Source of the DNA: an uncultured Gammaproteobacteria bacterium
GTDB taxonomy: Bacteria > Patescibacteriota > Microgenomatia > Levybacterales > UBA12049
Reading direction: 5' to 3'
DNA: 64,000 bases
Assembly (NCBI GenBank): GCA_964515545.1
Contig: CAZERI010000002.1
Location: 213,731-277,730, forward strand
The stretch's first letter is position 1, and every line of letters starts with the position of its first letter. Position numbers and translations under genes: made by a program. Under the pieces are notes generated by a model. The model saw nothing but the letters and a program-made list of their open reading frames with translations. It searched no databases and was not told where the DNA came from. Below are positions 61,554 to 64,000 of this stretch, in pieces.

Positions 61554-62954
61554 TTAGTGACTATTCGTTTGAGTCTCTTCTTTCGCGACTGATTTAATAA
61601 GAGCGATTACTTCATCTCGTTTTGCTTCCATCGTTTCCTTAGTCCATGCCTCTAAATTAAATCGAAGAAGTGGCTCTGTATTAGACGTCCTCAGGCTCAT
61701 CTTCCATTCTGGGTAAGAAATAATAACTCCATCAAGGTCAGAAAATTCACCATCACTGTATTTTTCTTTTATTTGATCCATAACTTCCTGAGCATTGCTG
61801 ACTTCAAAATTGATTTCTCCTGACTCAAAACTCTTTTGGAATTCTTTTGCAACTTCAGATAGAGGTTTTTTCTCCTCAGTGAGAATTTTAAGTAGTGCAA
61901 TGATAGTAATTACTTGAGACTCCGCATTTCCCGTTGCTCGGTAGTAATAATGTGCGGAAGCTTCACCAGCCATGAGTGCTCCAGTTTTGGTCATCAGTTC
62001 GGTAATGAAAGCATGCCCAGTCTTGGATGGCAATACCTCTCCACCCATAGCTTCAATATTCTTTTTGGCGTTGTAAATATACTTCACGTCGACGACTACC
62101 TTACTATTGGGGAACTCTTTAAATAACTCCTTTGCAATCATGCTAGTAATTACTGAAGGAGAGACGACTTGACCTTTCTCATCTAGGATAAATAGACGAT
62201 CACCATCACCATCTGGGACAAGTCCCAGATCGGCTCCAGTTTCGATAACTTTTTTCTGAGCGTCTTCGAGGTTTTTAGGCTGCATCGGATCAGGCTGGTG
62301 AATAGGGAAGGTACCATCTAGTTCAAAATTCATCTTAATGAGATCAACTGGGACTTTCTTCTCAAGCGCATTAAGATAAGCAATTCCCATGGCATTTGCA
62401 GGGTCTGCTACTATTTTGAACCTAGCTAATTGAGGATTCTCTAAAAGCTTAAGTGCGTTATCTACTTCTAGCGTTGTTAGCTCTGGAGCATCTTCTTGTG
62501 TGCCTTCTTTTTGAGGCAAGTCCACGCCTTCCAATGCCATCTTCTTAACGTCTTCCATGCCGGTAGGCTTTCCAATTTTAAGAAGTCCCTGCGGAGTATT
62601 AATAACGTACTTCATTCCGTTATATTCTTTAGGGTTGTGTGATGCAGTAATGGTAATTCCCGTCTCATAGCTGAAATGGGAAACAGCAAAGTAAAAAGTA
62701 GGAGTTGAAACCAATCCTAAATTGACTACATGCGCTCCAGCATCAAGAAGAGCTTTTCTAACACTCTCAACAATACTTGGGCTTGAAGTTCGCATATCCC
62801 ATCCCAAAGCAACAGTAACTTCTTCTTTCTTAAGTTTTTCTTGAAAGAACTTATATATAGCCTTAGCAATCTGAGCAGCTTTTGCTTCGTCAATATCTGT
62901 GGGGTAAATACCGCGGATGTCGTATGCCTTAAAGATCTTAGGATCTAATCCCAT
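61554..62954 (-). CDS. Phosphoglucomutase/phosphomannomutase
   Basis: Phosphoserine loop TASHNP, metal-binding DGDGDR and a sugar-binding region, 466 aa. Confidence 0.85.
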   Translation of the reverse strand: MGLDPKIFKAYDIRGIYPTDIDEAKAAQIAKAIYKFFQEKLKKEEVTVALGWDMRTSSPSIVESVRKALLDAGAHVVNLGLVSTPTFYFAVSHFSYETGITITASHNPKEYNGMKYVINTPQGLLKIGKPTGMEDVKKMALEGVDLPQKEGTQEDAPELTTLEVDNALKLLENPQLARFKIVADPANAMGIAYLNALEKKVPVDLIKMNFELDGTFPIHQPDPMQPKNLEDAQKKVIETGADLGLVPDGDGDRLFILDEKGQVVSPSVITSMIAKELFKEFPNSKVVVDVKYIYNAKKNIEAMGGEVLPSKTGHAFITELMTKTGALMAGEASAHYYYRATGNAESQVITIIALLKILTEEKKPLSEVAKEFQKSFESGEINFEVSNAQEVMDQIKEKYSDGEFSDLDGVIISYPEWKMSLRTSNTEPLLRFNLEAWTKETMEAKRDEVIALIKSVAKEETQTNSH

Positions 62955-62963
62955 GTCAAAATA

Positions 62964-63656
62964 TTAGATATCGATGAGCAAAATGTCAAGCGCAATTGTC
63001 AAAGGAACGGATAATTGACCGGTTTTAAGCCCATTATCAAGGGTGTAGAGCTTAGTATGAAGAGTGATAAGTTCTTCTTTAGTAAAAAGAGCAGCCTGCT
63101 TTTGTAGCTTATTCATCTGCCAAGGTGCAAGCCTTTTTACTTCATCTATTTGGTCTGTACCTTTCTCATAAAGTGCCAACAGAAGACGTACTTGGCGGAT
63201 AAGCATAAAAAATACCATTTCAGTATCAACTGTCGCAATTACTTTATGATAAAGGAGGACAAGCTTCCCCCCATGTTTGGGCTTAAGCGAATCAAGAAAA
63301 AGAAAAAGTGTCTGAGGCAGCTTGTATGTCTTAACTGTTGCATGCTTAAAAAGAGAAAGTGATTTTTTGTCCAGTTCTTTTCCTTCCCAAAGGACTATTT
63401 CATACTCGAGAGTCTTATCTTTCAGAATTGAAGTTAATGCCTCAAATTCTTTTACAGCCTTTTTTTTGGAATAAAAATTTTCGATCAGTATTGTCTTTTC
63501 TGTAGTAAATAGCCCTCCACCGTCTATAATTTGGAGAAGATCAGTTACTGTCAGCTCCTCACCATTTAGTAGTACAGCTTCAGATCTTTTCTGTCTTACT
63601 TCATTGAGAAAATTTCGAGATGAGGCTAAATCATCACCATGAATAATTGTTATCAT
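62964..63656 (-). CDS. DNA polymerase III delta subunit-like protein (HolA N-terminal region, short)
   Basis: N-terminus MITIIHGDDLASSRNFLNE resembles the HolA start and overall similarity is weak. At 230 aa it is about 100 aa shorter than typical delta subunits. Confidence 0.35.
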   Translation of the reverse strand: MITIIHGDDLASSRNFLNEVRQKRSEAVLLNGEELTVTDLLQIIDGGGLFTTEKTILIENFYSKKKAVKEFEALTSILKDKTLEYEIVLWEGKELDKKSLSLFKHATVKTYKLPQTLFLFLDSLKPKHGGKLVLLYHKVIATVDTEMVFFMLIRQVRLLLALYEKGTDQIDEVKRLAPWQMNKLQKQAALFTKEELITLHTKLYTLDNGLKTGQLSVPLTIALDILLIDI

Positions 63657-63697
63657 TGTTCTCCTTTATACTCCCAAAAATCTTTCTTAACAACAGA

Positions 63698-64000
63698 TCA
63701 TAACTTCATTACCCACTTAAAAGTCGCCCTCAGCATCTTAGAAAGCTGGGCTGGGTTAGTTTTTCCCTCATCTGATTTGTCAGAAAAGGACTTCTCAGCT
63801 GGGGCAGATTCAAGATAACTTGCAGCAGCCAGGACTGTCTTGGTAAGCGAAGGAGAGCCTTTAGTTTTTGTGATTTCTTTAATGGCTTCATATTGCTTCG
63901 TGTACGTCGAATCACCTTTGATAAAAGTAAACTGATCAAAAGGTCCGCTTGCCCTCAGGACAAATGGAGTAACAGCCACAATTTGGGAATCATTCCAGAC
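63698..64000 (-). CDS. Hypothetical protein, 5' partial (open to the window edge)
   Basis: The minus-strand frame is open from nt 64000 down to the stop at 63698. No motif recognised. Confidence 0.3.
   Translation of the reverse strand, partial: VWNDSQIVAVTPFVLRASGPFDQFTFIKGDSTYTKQYEAIKEITKTKGSPSLTKTVLAAASYLESAPAEKSFSDKSDEGKTNPAQLSKMLRATFKWVMKL

Overview
This is an AT-rich, tightly packed bacterial window whose genes often overlap by a few nucleotides. The gene content points to a small-genome, possibly CPR/Patescibacteria-like organism: many glycosyltransferases, a short ATP synthase delta subunit, MurT/GatD and a partial pyrimidine pathway. That lineage call is inference only.

Roughly 1-18.5 kb is a large cell-surface glycan locus. 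A minus-strand operon (3950..4840 down to 366..1298) encodes a GT2 polyprenyl-phosphate sugar transferase, an acetolactate-synthase-like ThDP enzyme, a PanB-type hydroxymethyltransferase and an NAD-dependent sugar epimerase/dehydratase. It converges on a DegT-family aminotransferase. A divergent 12-gene plus-strand operon (4893..18549) encodes five GT2 enzymes, three or four GT-C-like integral membrane proteins (one fused to a GT2 domain), two Wzx-type flippases, a SAM methyltransferase and an O-antigen-ligase-like protein.

The rest of the window is core housekeeping:
- tRNA-Thr(CGT), tRNA-Asp(GTC) and tRNA-Gly(CCC).
- pyrE-pyrF-pyrD-like genes.
- A complete F1Fo ATP synthase operon on the minus strand (atpB-E-F-H-A-G-D-C).
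- dnaE, a GGDEF diguanylate cyclase, gatBAC co-transcribed with murT-gatD, htpX, lemA and polX.
- A LysM protein, pyrG, rplS, yraN and pyk.
- Divergent uvrB and lexA with candidate operator palindromes.
- A PEP-centred carbon block: pckA, ppsA, eno, an acyl-CoA synthetase, a SIS-type PGI/PMI, a cupin PMI, an IMPase/FBPase and PGM/PMM.

The most unusual signal is the Arn-like lipid-linked aminosugar pathway that has recruited a bona fide PanB homolog and an acetolactate-synthase-like ThDP enzyme. That suggests a C-branched or hydroxymethylated sugar being built for transfer by GT-C enzymes. All functional calls rest on motif recognition in the supplied translations, since no searches could be run.
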